From: the human T2T-CHM13v2.0 reference genome, Homo sapiens
Reading direction: 5' to 3' (one strand)
Length of the DNA: 64,000 bases
Assembly (NCBI RefSeq): GCF_009914755.1
Contig: NC_060931.1
Part shown: positions 40,688-55,600 of the stretch, piece after piece
Layout of the letters: every line of letters starts with the position of its first letter
Position numbering within the stretch: the first letter of the stretch is position 1
Program-made: the position numbers and the translations under genes
The notes under the pieces: generated by a model
The model's database searches: none
The model's input: the letters and a program-made list of their open reading frames with translations, nothing else
Told to the model about the DNA's origin: nothing

Positions 40688-43600
40688 ACTCGGGATGATT
40701 CCATTCCATTCCATTCCATTCGACTCAGTTTAAAACCATTCCATTCCATTTTATTCCATTCTATTCCATTCCTTTCCATTCATTCCATTCAGGTTGATTC
40801 CATTCAATTCAATTCCATTCCATTCCATACCATTCTATTCCATTCCATTCCGGTTGATTCAATTCCATCCATTGCATTCCATTCCATTTTATTCCATTCC
40901 ATTCCATTCCATTCCACTTGGGTTGATTCCATTCCATTCCATTCCATTCCATTCCATTCCATATCTATGCATTCCATTCCATTTAATTCCATTCGACATG
41001 GGTTGATTCCATTCCATTCCATTCCATTCCATTCCATTCTAATCCATTCCATTCCACTCGGGTTGATTCCATTTCATTCCATTCAAGTTCCATTCCATTC
41101 CATTCCACTCGGGTTGATTCCACTCATTTCCATTCCATTCCATTCCATTCCATTCCATTCAATTATATTCCATTCCATTGCAATCCATTCCAATCCATTC
41201 CATTCCACTCGGGTTGATTCCATTCCACTCCATTCCATTCCATTCCATTCCATTCCATTCCATTCCATTCCATTCCATTCCATTCCATTATACTCGGTTT
41301 GATTCCATTCCATTCCATTCCATTCCATTCCATTCCATTGCATTCCTTTCCATTCCATTCCATTCCTTTCGATTCCATTCCACCCGGGGTGATTCCATTC
41401 CAACCCTGTTCATTCCATTCCTTCCCATTCCATTCCATTCCAATTATGTTGATTCTATTCCATTCCATTCCATTCCATTCCATTCCATTCCATTCCATTC
41501 CATTCGGGTTGAATCAATTCCAGTCCATTCCATTCCATTCCATTCCATCCCATTCCATTCCATTCCTTTCCATTCCATTCCACTCCACTCGATTCAATTC
41601 CATTCCATTCCACTCCACTCCATTCCATTCCATTCCATTCCATTCCATTCCATTCCATTTATTTCCATTCCATTCCATTCCATCCCACTCCATTCCACTC
41701 GATTTGATTCCATTCCATTCGATTCCACTCTACTGCATTCCATTACACTCAGGTTGATTCCATTCCATTCCATTCCAATCCAATCCATTCCATTCCATTC
41801 CATTCTGGTTGATTCCAATTCATTAAATTCCATTCCATTCCGTTCCATTCCATTCCATTCCACTAGGGTTGATTCCATTCAATTCCTTTCCTTTCCATTC
41901 CATTCCATTCCATTCCACTGCACTCGGGTTGATTCCATTCCATTTCATTCCATTCCGTTCCATTCCATTCCATGCCATTCCACTCGGGTTGATTCCATTC
42001 CATTCCATTTTATTCCATTCCATTCCATTCCCGTCCAATCCATTCCATTCCATCACATTACATTCCACTCGGGTTGATTCCGTTCCATTTCATTCCCTTC
42101 CATTCCATTCCATTCCATTTTATTCCATTCCATTCCATTCCCGTCCAATCCATTCCATTCTATCACATTACATTCCACTCGGGTTGATTCCATTCCATTC
42201 CATTCCCTTCCATTCCATTCCATTCCATTCCATTCCATTCCATTCCATTCAATTCGGGTTGAATCCATTCCATTCCATTCAATTTCCTTCCATTCCATTC
42301 CATTGTACACGGGTTGATTCCAGTCCATTCAATTCCATCCCATTCCATTCCCTTCCATTCCATTCTATTCCATTACGTTACATTCCACTCGGGTTGATTC
42401 CATTCTATTCCATTCCATTCCATTCCATTCCATTCCATTCCATTCCACTCAGGTTTATGCCATTCCATTCCATTCCATTCCATTCCATTCCAAACCATTC
42501 CATGCCAATACATTCCAGTCGGGTTGATTCCAATCCGTTCCATTCCATTCCATTCCATTCAATTTGACTCAGGTTGATTCCATTCCATTCCATTCCATTC
42601 CCTTCCATTCCATTTCATTCCACACAGGTTGATTCCAGTCCAATCAATTCCATCCCATTCCATTCCAGTACTTTACGTTCCATTGTATTCCCTTCCATTC
42701 CACTCGGGTTCATTCCATTCCATTCCATTTCATTCCATTCTATTCCATTCCACTTGTGTTGATTGCATTCCATTCCATTCCTTTCCATTCCACTCGGATT
42801 GACTTCATTCCATTCCATTCCATTCCATTCCTTTCCATTCGTTTCCATTCCATTCTATTCCACTCGGGTTGATTCCATTCCATTCCATTCCATTCATTTC
42901 CATTCCACGCTCGTTGATTTCATTCCATTCCATTCCATTCCATTCCACTCGTGTTGATTCCATTCCATTCCATTCCTTGCCATTGCATTCCATTCCATTG
43001 CATTCCATTCGTGTTGATTCCAATCCATTACAATCTATCCATTCCATTCCATTCCACTCCATTCCATTCCACTCCATTCCATTCCACTCCATTCCATTCC
43101 ATTCCAATCCATTACACTCCATTCCATTCCATTCCATTCCATTCCATTCCATTCCACTCCATTCCATTCCATTCCATTCCATTCCATTCCATTCCACTCG
43201 AGTTGATTCCATTGCATCCCATTCCATTCCATTCCACTCCATTCCATTCCATTCCATTCCATTCCATTCCACTCAGGTTTTTTCCATTCCATTCCATTTA
43301 ATTCTATTCGATTCCTTTCCTTTCCATGCCACTCAGGTTGATTCCATTCCATTCCATTCCATTCCATTCCATTCCACTCGTGTTGATTCCATTACATGCC
43401 TTCCATTCCATTCCACTAGGGTTGATACCATTCCATTCCATTCCATTGCATTCTTTTCCATTCCATCGCATTCGACTCGGGTTGTTTCCACTCCATCCCA
43501 TTCCATTCCATTCCACTCCATTCCATTCCATTTCATTCCATTCCACTCGGGTTTATTCCATTCCATTTGATTCCATTCCTTTCCTTTCCATTCCCTGGCA

Positions 43601-46600
43601 CTCAGGTTGACTCCATTCCATTCCATTTCATTCCATTCCATTCCATTCAGTTGCATTCCATTCCATTCCATTCCATTCCATTCCATTCCATTCCATTCCA
43701 TTCCAGTCGTGGTGATTCCATTCAATTTCCTTCCATTCCATTCCACTCGGTTTGATACCATTCCATTCCATTCCATTCCATTCTTTTAAATTCCATTGCT
43801 TTCGACTTGGGTTGATTCCATTCCATTCTATTCCACTAAATTCCATTCCATTCGGGTTCATTGCAGTCCATTCCATTCTATGCCATTCCATTCCATTCCA
43901 CTCGAGTTGATTACATTGCATCCCATTCCATTCCATTCCACTCCATTCCATTTCATTCCATTCCATTCCACTCGGGTTTATTCCATTCCATTCCATTCCA
44001 TTCTATTCCATTCCATTCCATTCCATTCCATTCCATTCCATTCCATTCCATTGCATTCCATTCCATTCCATTCCATTCCATTCCATTGCATTCCATTCCT
44101 TGCCATTCCATTAAATTCCACTCGGGTTGATTCCATTCCATTTAATTTCATTCCATTCCATGCCATTCGCGTTGATACCATTCCGTTCCATTCCCTTCCA
44201 TTCCATTCCTTTCCATTGAATTGCATTACAGATGATTCCATTCCATTCTCTTCCACTACATTCCATTACATAACTTTCCATTCCATTCCATTCCTTTCCA
44301 TTCCAGTCGTGTTGACTCCATTCAATTGCCTTCCATTCCATTCCACTAGGTTTGATACCATTCCATTCCATTCCATTCCATTCCATTCTTTTAAATTCCA
44401 TTGCATTCGACTTGGGTTGATTCCATTCCATTCTATTCCATTAAATTCCATTCCATTCGGGTTCATTCCAGTCCATTCCATTCTATGCCATTCCATTCCA
44501 TTCCATTCCATTCCACTGGAGTTGATTACATTGCATCCCATTCCATTCCATTCCACTCCATTCCATTTCATTCCATTCCATTCCACTCGGGTTTATTCCA
44601 TTCCATTCCATTCCATTCCATTCCATTCCATTCCATTCCATTCCATTCCATTCCATTGCATTCCATTCCTTGCCATTCTATTAAATTCCACTCAGGTTGA
44701 TTCCATTCCATTTAATTTCATTCCATTCCATGCCATTCGCGTTGATACCATTCCATTCCATTCCCTTCCATTCCATTCCTTTCCATTGAATTGCATTCCA
44801 GATGATTCCATTCCATTCTGTTCCACTACATTCCATTACATAACTTTCCATTCCATTCCATAGCTTTCCATTCCACTTGGGTTGATTTCATTCCATTCCA
44901 TTCTATTCCATTCCATTCCATTTCATTCCAATCCTTTCCATTCCATTGCATTCGACTCTTGTTGATTCCATTCCATTCCATTCAATTCCATTCCTTTCAT
45001 TTCATTCCATTCAACTCGGTTTGATTCCACTCCATTCCATTTCTTTCCATTCCATTCCATTGCATTCCATTCCATTCCTTTCCACTCGGGTTGATTCCAT
45101 TCCATTCCATTCCATTCCTTTCCATTCCATTCCATTGCATTCCATTCCATTCCATTCCACTCGGGTTGATTCCATTCCATTCCTTTCCATTCCATTCGTG
45201 TTGATTCCATTCCATTCCATTCAATTCCTTTCCATTCTATTCCATTCCATTCCACGTGGGTTCATTCCATTCCATTCCATTCCATTCTATTCCATTCCTT
45301 TCCCTTCCATCCCATTCCAATCGAGTTGATTCCATTGCATTCGATTCCATTCCATTCCATTCCATTCCATTCCATTCCATTCCATTCCATTCCATTCCAT
45401 TCCATTCCGTACCACTCGGGTTTATTCCATTCCATTCCATTCCATTCCATTCCATTCCATTCCATTCCATTCCATTCCATTCCATTCCATTCCTGCCGGG
45501 TTGATTCCATTCGACTCCAATTCATTCCATTCCATTCCATCCCATTTCATTCCATTCACTTCCAATCGAATTGATAACATTCTATTCCATTCCATTCCAT
45601 TCCTTTCCATTCCGTTCCTTTCCATTCCGTACCACTCGGGTTTATTCCATTCCATTTCATTCCATTCCATTCCATTCCTTTCCATTCCATTCCGTACCAC
45701 TCGGGTTGATTCCATTCCATTCCAATTCATTCCATTCCATTCCATCCCATTTCATTCCATTCACTTCCAATCGAATTGATAACATTCCATTCCATTGCAT
45801 TCCATTCCTTTCCATTGCAATGCATTGCAGATCATTCCTTTCCATTCCATTCCACTCCATTCCATTCCATTCCATTCCATTCTTTCCATTCCATTTGATT
45901 CCATTCAATTGCATTTCATTCCATTCCATTCCTCTCTGGTTGATTCCATTCCATTCCATTCCATTCCATTCCATTCCATGCCATTCCATTTCATTCCATT
46001 CCTCTCGGGTTTATTACATTCCATTCCATTCCATGCCATTCAGGTTGATTGCATTCCATTGCATTTCATTCCATTCCATTCCATTCCTTTCCATTCCATT
46101 CCATTCCGTTCCGCTCGGGTTGCATCCATTCCACTCGGGTTGCATCCATTCCATTCCATTCCATTCCAATCGCGTTGATTCCACTCTATTCCATTCCATT
46201 CTATGCCATTCCATTCTATTCCATTCTATTCCATTCCACTTGCGATGATTCAGTTCCATTCCATTCCGTTCCGTTCCATTCCGTTCCATTCCATTCCATT
46301 CCATTCCATTCCATTCCATTCCATTCCTTTCAATTCCATTGCATTCGTGATGATTCCAATCCATTAAAATCTATTCCATTCCATACAATTCCATTCCATT
46401 CCATTCCTTGCCACTCAGGTTGATTCCATTCCATCCCATTTCATTCGATACCATTCCATTCCATTCCATTCAATTCCATTCCATTCCTTTCCACTCGTGT
46501 TTATTCCATTCCATTGCCTTCCATTCCATTCCACTCGGGTTGATACCATTCCATTCCATTCCATTCCATTCCATACCATTCCATTCCATTCCATTCGGGT

Positions 46601-49600
46601 TGATTCTAGTCCATTCCATTCTATTCCATTCCATTCCATTCCATTCCATTCCATTCCATTCCATTCCTCGTGAGTTGTTTCCATTGCATCCCATTCCATT
46701 CCATTCCACTCCATTCCTTTCCATTCCATTCCATTCCACTAGAGTTTATTCCATTCCATTCCATTCCATTCCATTCCATTCCATTCCATTCCCTTTCTTG
46801 CCACTCAGGTTGATTCCTTTCCATTCCATTTCATTCCATTCCATTCCATTCCATTCAGTTCCACTCCATTCCATTCTATTTCATTCCATGCCAATCGTGT
46901 TGATTCCATTCCATTGCCTCCCATTCCATTCCACTCGGGTTGAGAGCATTCCATTCCATTCCGTTCTTTTCCATTCCATTGCATTCGACTCGGGTTTATT
47001 CCATTCCATTCAATTCCATTCGGGTTGATTCCATTCCATTCCATTTTATTCCATTCCTTTCCATTCCCCTCCATTCTTATCCATTCCATTCCATTCCATT
47101 CCACTCGAGTTGATTCCATTCCATTCCATTCCCTTCCATTCCATTCCATACCATTCCATTCCATTCCTGCCCGGTTGATTCCATTCCATTCCAATTCATT
47201 CCATTCCATTCCATCCCATTTCATTCCATTCACTTCCAATCGAATTGATAACATTCCATTCCATTCCATTCCATTCCTTTCCATTGCAATGCATTGCAGA
47301 CCATTCCATTTCATTCCAATCCATTCCTTTCCATACCATTCCACTCGGGTTGATTCCATTCCATTCCAATTCATTCCATTCCATTCCATCCCATTTCATT
47401 CCATTCACTTCCAATCGAATTGATAACATTCTATTCTATTCCATTCCATTCCATTCCATTCCATTCCGTTCCTTTCCATTCCGTACCACTCGGGTTTATT
47501 CCATTCCATTCCATTCCATTCCACTCGAGTTGATTATATTGCATCCCATTCGATTCCATTCCACTCCATTCCATTTCATTCCATTCCATTCCACTCGGGT
47601 TTATTCCATTCCATTCCAATCCATTCCATTCCATTCCATTCCTTGCCATTCCATGCTATTCCACTCGGGTTGATTCCATTCTATTCCATTTCTTGCCACT
47701 GCATTCCATTCCATTGCATTCTTTTCGTGTTGATTCCAATCCATTACAATCTGTTCCATGCCATTCCATTCCCCTCCATTCCATTCCATTCCAGTCGAGT
47801 GGATTCCACTGCATTGCATTGCATTCCATTCCATTCCATTCCACTCCATTCCATTCCATTCCATTCCACTCCATTCCATTCCATTCCACTCCATTCCATT
47901 CCATTCCATTCCATTGCTCTCGGGTTAATTCCATTCCATTCCATTCCATTCCATTGCATTCCATGCCATTCCATTCCATTCTATTCTATTCCATACAATT
48001 CCACTCGGGTTTTTTCCATTCCATTCCATTCCATTGCATTCCATTCCATGCCACTCATGTTGATTCCATTCTATTCCATTTCATTCCATTCCATTAAATT
48101 CCATTCCATTCCATTCCATTCCATTCCATTCCATTCCATTCCATTCCACTCGTGTTGATTCCATTCCATTGCCTTCCATTCCATTCCACTAGGGTTGATA
48201 CCGTTCCATTCCATTCCATTGCATTCTTTTCCATTCCATTGCATTCGACTCGGGTTGTTTCCACTCCATCCCATTCCATTCCATTCCACTCCATTCCATT
48301 CCATTTCATTCCATTCCACTCGGGTTTATTCCATTCCATTTGATTCCATTCCTTTCCTTTCCATTCCTTGCCACTCAGGTTGACTCCATTCCATTCCATT
48401 TCATTCCATTCCATTCCATTCAGTTCCACTCCATTCCAGTCGTGTTGATTCCATTCAATTGCCTTCCATTCCATTCCACTCGGTTTGATACCATTCCATT
48501 CCATTCCATTCCATTCTTTTAAATTCCTTTGCATTCGACTTGGGTTGATTCCATTCCATTCTATTCCATTAAATTCCATTCCATTCGTGTTCATTCCAGT
48601 CCATTCCATTCTATGCCATTCCATTCCATTCCATTCCATTCCATTCCATTCCATTCCACTTGAGTTGATTACATTGCATCACATTCCATTCCATTCCACT
48701 CCATTCCATTTCATTCCATTCCATTCCACTCGGGTTTATTCCATTCCATTCCATTCCATTCCATTCCATTCCATTCCATTCCATTGCATTCCATTCCTTG
48801 CCATTCCATTCCATTCCACTCGGGTTGATTCCATTCCATTTAATTTCATTCCATTCCATGCCATTCGCGTTGATACCATTCCATTCCATTCCCTTCCATT
48901 CCATTCCTTTCCATTGAATTGCATTCCAGATGATTCCATTCCATTCTGTTCCACTACATTCCATTACATAACTTTCCATTCCATTCCATTCTTTTCCATT
49001 CCACTCGGGTTGATTCCATTCCATTCCATTCTATTCCATTCCATTCCATTTCATTCCAATCCTTTCCATTCCATTGCATTCGACTCTTGTTGATTCCATT
49101 CCATTCCATTCAATTCCATTCCTTTTCATTTCATTCCATTCAACTCGGTTTGATTCCACTCCATTCCATTTCTTTCCATTCCATTCCATTGCATTCCATT
49201 CCATTCCGTTCCACTCGGGTTGATTCCATTCCATTCCATTCCATTCCTTTCCATTCCATTCCATTGCATTCCATTCCATTCCATTCCACTCAGGTTGATT
49301 CCATTCCATTCCATTCCATTCCTTTCCATTCCACTCGTGTTGATTCCATTCCATTCCATTCAATTCCTTTCCATTCTATTCCATTCCATTCCACGTGGGT
49401 TCATTCCATTCCATTCCATTCCATTCTATTCCATTCCTTTCCCTTCCATCCCATTCCAATCGAGTTGATTCCATTGCATTTGATTCCATTCCATTCCTTT
49501 CCATTCCATTCCATTCCATTCCATTCCATTCCATTCCATTCCATTCCGTACCACTCGGGTTTATTCCATTCCATTCCATTCCATTCCATTCCATTCCATT

Positions 49601-52600
49601 CCATTCCATTCCATTCCTGCCGGGTTGATTCCATTCCATTCCAATTCATTCCATTCCATTCCATCCCATTTCATTCCATTCACTTCCAATCGAATTGATA
49701 ACATTCCATTCCATTCCATTCCATTCCTTTCCATTACAATGTATTGCAGATCATTCCATTTCATTCCATTCCATTCCCTTCCATACCATTCCACTCGGGT
49801 TGATTCCATTCCATTCCTTTCCATTCCATTCCATTCCATCCCATTTCATTCCATTAACTTCCAATCGAATTGATAACATTCTATTCCATTCCATTCCATT
49901 CCATTCCATTCCGTTCCTTTCCATTCCGTACCACTCGGGTTTATTCCATTCCATTTCATTCCATTCCATTCCATTCCTTTCCATTCCATTCTGTACCACT
50001 CGGGTTGATTCCATTCCATTCCAATTCATTCCATTCCATTCCATCCCATTTCATTCCATTCACTTCCAATCGAATTGATAACATTCCATTCCATTGCATT
50101 CCATTCCTTTCCATTGCAATGCATTGCAGATCATTCCTTTCCATTCCATTCCACTCCATTCCATTCCATTCCATTCCATTCTTTCCATTCCATTTGATTC
50201 CATTCAATTGCATTTCATTCCATTCCATTCCTCTCTGGTTGATTCCATTCCATTCCATTCCATTCAATTCCATCCATTCCATTCCATTTCATTCCATTCT
50301 TCTCAGGTTTATTACATTCCATTCCATTCCATGCCATTCAGGTTGATTGCATTCCATTGCATTTCACTCCATTCCATTCCATTCCTTTCCATTCCATTCC
50401 ATTCCGTTCCACTCGGGTTGCATCCATTCCATTCCATTCCATTCCAATCGCGTTGATTCCACTCTATTCCATTCCATTCTATTCCATTCCATTCTATTCC
50501 ATTCCATTCCATTCCACTTGGGATGATTCAGTTCCATTCCATTCCGTTCCGTTCCGTTCCATTCCATTCCATTCCATTCCATTCCATTCCATTGCATTCG
50601 TGTTGATTCCAATCCATTGAAATCTATTCCATTCCATTCAATTCCATTCCATTCCATTCCTTGCCACTCAGGTTGATTCCATTCCATCCCATTTCACTCC
50701 ATACCATTGCATTCCATTCCATTCCATTCCATTCCATTCCTTTCCACTCGTGTTTATTCCATTCCATTGCCTTCCATTCCATTCCACTCGGGTTGCTACC
50801 ATTCCATTCCATTCCATTCCATACCATTCCATTCCATTCCATTCAGGTTGATTCTAGTCCATTCCATTCTATTCCATTCGATTCCATTCCATTCCATTCC
50901 ATTCCATTCCATTCCATTCCATTCCTCGTGAGTTGTTTCCATTGCATCCCATTCCATTCCATACCACTCCATTCCTTTCCATTCCTTTCCATTCCATTCC
51001 ATTCCACTAGGGTTTAGTCCATTCCGTTCCATTCCATTCCATTCCATTCCATTCCATTCCATTCCCTTTCTTGCCACTCAGGTTGATTCCATTCCATTCC
51101 ATTTCATTCCATTCCATTCCATTCCATTCAGTTCCACTCCATTCCATTCCATTCCATTCTATTTCATTCCATTCCAATCGTGTTGATTCCATTCCATTGC
51201 CTTCCATTCCATTCCACTCGGGTTGATATCATCCCATTCCATTCCATTCTTTTCCATTCTATTGCATTTGACTCGGGTTTATTCCATTCCATTCAATTCC
51301 ATTCGGGTTGATTCCATTCCATTCCATTTTATTCCATTCCTTTCCATTCCCCTACATTCCTATCCATTCCATTCCATTCCATTCCACTCGAGTTGATTCC
51401 ATTCCATTCCATTCCCTTCCATTCCATTCCATTCCATTCCATTCCATTCCATTCCATTACACTCGGGTTCATTACATTCCATTCCATTCCATTTCATTCC
51501 ATTCCATTCCATTCCGTACCACTCGGGTTGATTCCATTCCATTCCAATTCATTCCATTCCATTCCATCTCATTTCATTCCATTGACTTCCAATCGAATTG
51601 ATAACATTCCATTCCATTGCATTCCATTCCTTTCCATTGGAATGCATTGCAGATCATTCTTTCCAATCCATTCCACTCCATTCCATTCCATTCCATTCCA
51701 TTCCATTCCATTCTTTCCATTCCATTTGATTCCATTCAATTGCATTTCATTCAATTCCATTCCTCTCTGGTTGATTCCATTCCATTCCATTCCATTCCAT
51801 TCCATTCCATTTCATTCCTTTCTTCTCGGGTTTATTTCATTCCATTCCATTCCATGCCATTCAGGTTGATTGCATTCCATTGCATTTCATTCCATTCCAT
51901 TCCATTCCATTCCATTCCATTCCATTCCATTCCGTTCCACTCGGGTTGCATCCATTCCATTCCATTCCATTCCAAACGCGTTGATTCCACTCTATTCCAT
52001 TCCATTCTATTCCATTCCATTCTATTCCATTCCATTCCATTCCACTTGGGATGATTCAGTTCCATTCCATTCCGTTCCGTTCCATTCCATTCCATTCCAT
52101 TCCATTCCATTCCATTCCATTCCAATGCATTCGTGTTGATTCCAATCCATTAAAATCTATTCCATTCCATTCAATTCCATTCCATTCCATTCCTTGTCAC
52201 TCAGGTTGATTCCATTCCATCCCATTTCATTCCATACCATTCCATTCCATTCCATTCAGTTCCATTCCTTTCCTTTCCACTCGTGTTTATTCCATTCCAT
52301 TGCCTTCCATTCCATTCCACTCGGGTTGATACCATTCCATTCCATTCCATTCCATTCCATTCCATTCCATACCTTTCCATTCCATTCCTTTCGGGTTGAT
52401 TCTAGTCCATTCCATTCTATTCCATTCCATTCCATTCCATTCCATTCCATTACCCGTGAGTTGTTTCCATTGTATCCCATTCCATTCCATTCCACTCCAT
52501 TCCTTTCCATTCCATTCCATTCCACTAGGGTTTATTCCATTCCATTCCATTCCATTCCATTCCATTCCATTCCATTCCATTCCATTCCATTCCATTCCCT

Positions 52601-55600
52601 TTCTTGCCACTCAGGTTGATTCCATTCCATTCCATTCCATTCCATTCCATTCCATTCCATTCCATTCAGTTCCACTCCATTCCATTCCATTCCATTCTAT
52701 TTCATTCCATTCCAATCGTGTTGATTCCATTCCATTGCCTTCCATTCCATTCCACTCGGGTTGATAGCATTCCATTCCATTCCATTCTTTTCCATTCCAT
52801 TGCATTCGACTCGGGTTTATTCCATTCCATTCCATTCCATTCGGGTTGATTCCATTCCATTCCATTTTATTCCATTCCTTTCCATTCCCCTCCATTCCTA
52901 TCCATTCCATTCCATTGCATTCCATTCCACTCGAGTTGATTCCATTCCATTCCATTCCCTTCCATTCCATTCCATTCCATTCCATTCCATTACATTCGGG
53001 TTGATTCCATTCCATTCCATTCCATTCCATTCCATTCCATTCCATTCCATTCCATTCCATTCCATTCCGTACCACTCGGGTTTATTCCATTCCATTCCAT
53101 TCCATTCCATTCCATTCCATGCCATTCCATTCCATTACACTAGGGTTGATTCCATTCCATTCCATTCCATTCCATTCCATTCCATTCCATTCCATTCCAT
53201 TCCATTCCGTACCACTCGGGTTTATTCCATTCCATTCCAATTCATTCCATTCCATTCCATCTCATTTCATTCCATTCACTTCCAATCGAATTGATAACAT
53301 TCCATTCCATTGCATTCCATTCCTTTCCATTGCAATGCATTGCAGATCATTCCTTTCCATTCCATTCCACTCCATTCCATTCCATTCCATTCCATTCCAT
53401 TCCATTCCATTCCATTCTTTCCATTCCATTTGATTCTATTCAATTGCATTTCATTCCATTCCATTCCTCTCTGGTTGATTCCATTCCATTCCATTCCATT
53501 CCATTCCATTCCATTCCTCTCGGGTTTATTACATTCCATTCCATTCCATGCCATTCAGGTTGATTGCATTCCATTGCATTTCATTCCATTCCATTCCATT
53601 CCTTTCCATTCCATTCCATTCAGTTCCACTCGGGTTGCATCCATTCCATTCCATTCCATTCCAATGGCGTTGATTCCACTCTATTCCATTCCATTCTATT
53701 CCATTCCATTCCATTCCACTTGGGATGATTCAGTTCCATTCCATTCCGTTCCGTTTCATTCCATTCCATTCCATTCCATTCCATTCCATTCCATTCCATT
53801 GCATTCGTGTTGATTCCAATCCATTAAAATCTATTCCATTCCATTCAATTCCATTCCATTCCATTCCTTGCGACTCAGGTTGATTCCATTCCAACCCATT
53901 TCATTCCATACAATTCCATTCCATTCCATTCAATTCCATTCCTTTCCTTTCCACTCGTGTTTATTCCATTCAATTGCCTTCCATTCCATTCCACTCGGGT
54001 TGATACCATTCCATTCCATTCCATTCCATTCCATTCCATTCCATACCATTCCATTCCATTCCATTCGGGTTGATTCTAGTCCATTCCATTCTATTCCATT
54101 CCATTCCATTTCATTCCATTCCATTCCATTCCTCGTGAGTTGTTTCCATTGCATCCCATTCCATTCCATTCCACTCCATTCCTTTCCATTCCATTCCATT
54201 CCACTAGGGTTTATTCCATTCCATTCCATTCCATTCTATTCCATTCCATTCCATTCCATTCCATTCCATTCCATTCCATTCCCTTTCTTGCCACTCAGGT
54301 TGATTCCATTCCATTCCATTCCCTTCCATTCCATTCCATTCCATTCCATTCCATTACACACGGGTTGATTCCATTCCATTCCATTCCATTCCATTCCATT
54401 CCATTCCATTCCATTCCATTCCATTCCATTCCGTACCACTCGGGTTTATTCCATTCCATTCCATTCCATTCCATTCCATTCCATTCCATTCCATTCCATT
54501 CCATTCCATTCCATTCCATTCCATTCCATTCCTGCCGGGTTGATTCCATTCCATTCCAATTCATTCCATTCCATTCCATCCCATTTCATTCCATTCACTT
54601 CCAATCGAATTGATAACATTCCATTCCATTCCATTCCATTCCTTTCCATTGCAATGCATTGCAGACCATTCCATTTCATTCCATTCCATTCCTTTCCATA
54701 CCATTCCACTCGGGTTGATTCCATTCCATTCCAATTCATTCCATTCCATTCCATCCTATTTCATTCCATTCACTTCCAATCGAATTGATAACATTCCATT
54801 CCATTGCATTCCATTCCTTTCCATTGCAATGCATTGCAGATCATTCCTTTCCATTCCATTCCACTCCATTCCATTCCATTCCATTCCATTCTTTCCATTC
54901 CATTTGATTCCATTCAATTGCATTTCATTCCATTCCATTCCTCTCTGGTTGATTGCATTCCATTCCATTCCATTCCATTCCATCCATTCCATTCCATTTC
55001 ATTCCATTCTTCTCAGGTTTATTACATTCCATTCCATTCCATGCCATTCAGGTTGATTGCATTCCATTGCATTTCACTCCATTCCATTCCATTCCTTTCC
55101 ATTCCATTCCATTCCGTTCCACTCGGGTTGCATCCATTCCATTCCATTCCATTCCAATCGCGTTGATTCCACTCTATTCCATTCCATTCTATTCCATTCC
55201 ATTCTATTCCATTCCATTCCATTCCACTTGGGATGATTCAGTTCCATTCCATTCCGTTCCGTTCCGTTCCATTCCATTCCATTCCATTCCATTCCATTCC
55301 ATTCCATTGCATTCGTGTTGATTCCAATCCATTGAAATCTATTCCATTCCATTCAATTCCATTCCATTCCATTCCTTGCCACTCAGGTTGATTCCATTCC
55401 ATCCCATTTCACTCCATACCATTCCATTCCATTCCATTCCATTCCATTCCATTCCGTTCCTTTCCACTCGTGTTTATTCCATTCCATTGCCTTCCATTCC
55501 ATTCCACTCGGGTTGCTACCATTCCATTCCATTCCATTCCATACCATACCATTCCATTCCATTCCATTCAGGTTGATTCTAGTCCATTCCATTCTATTCC

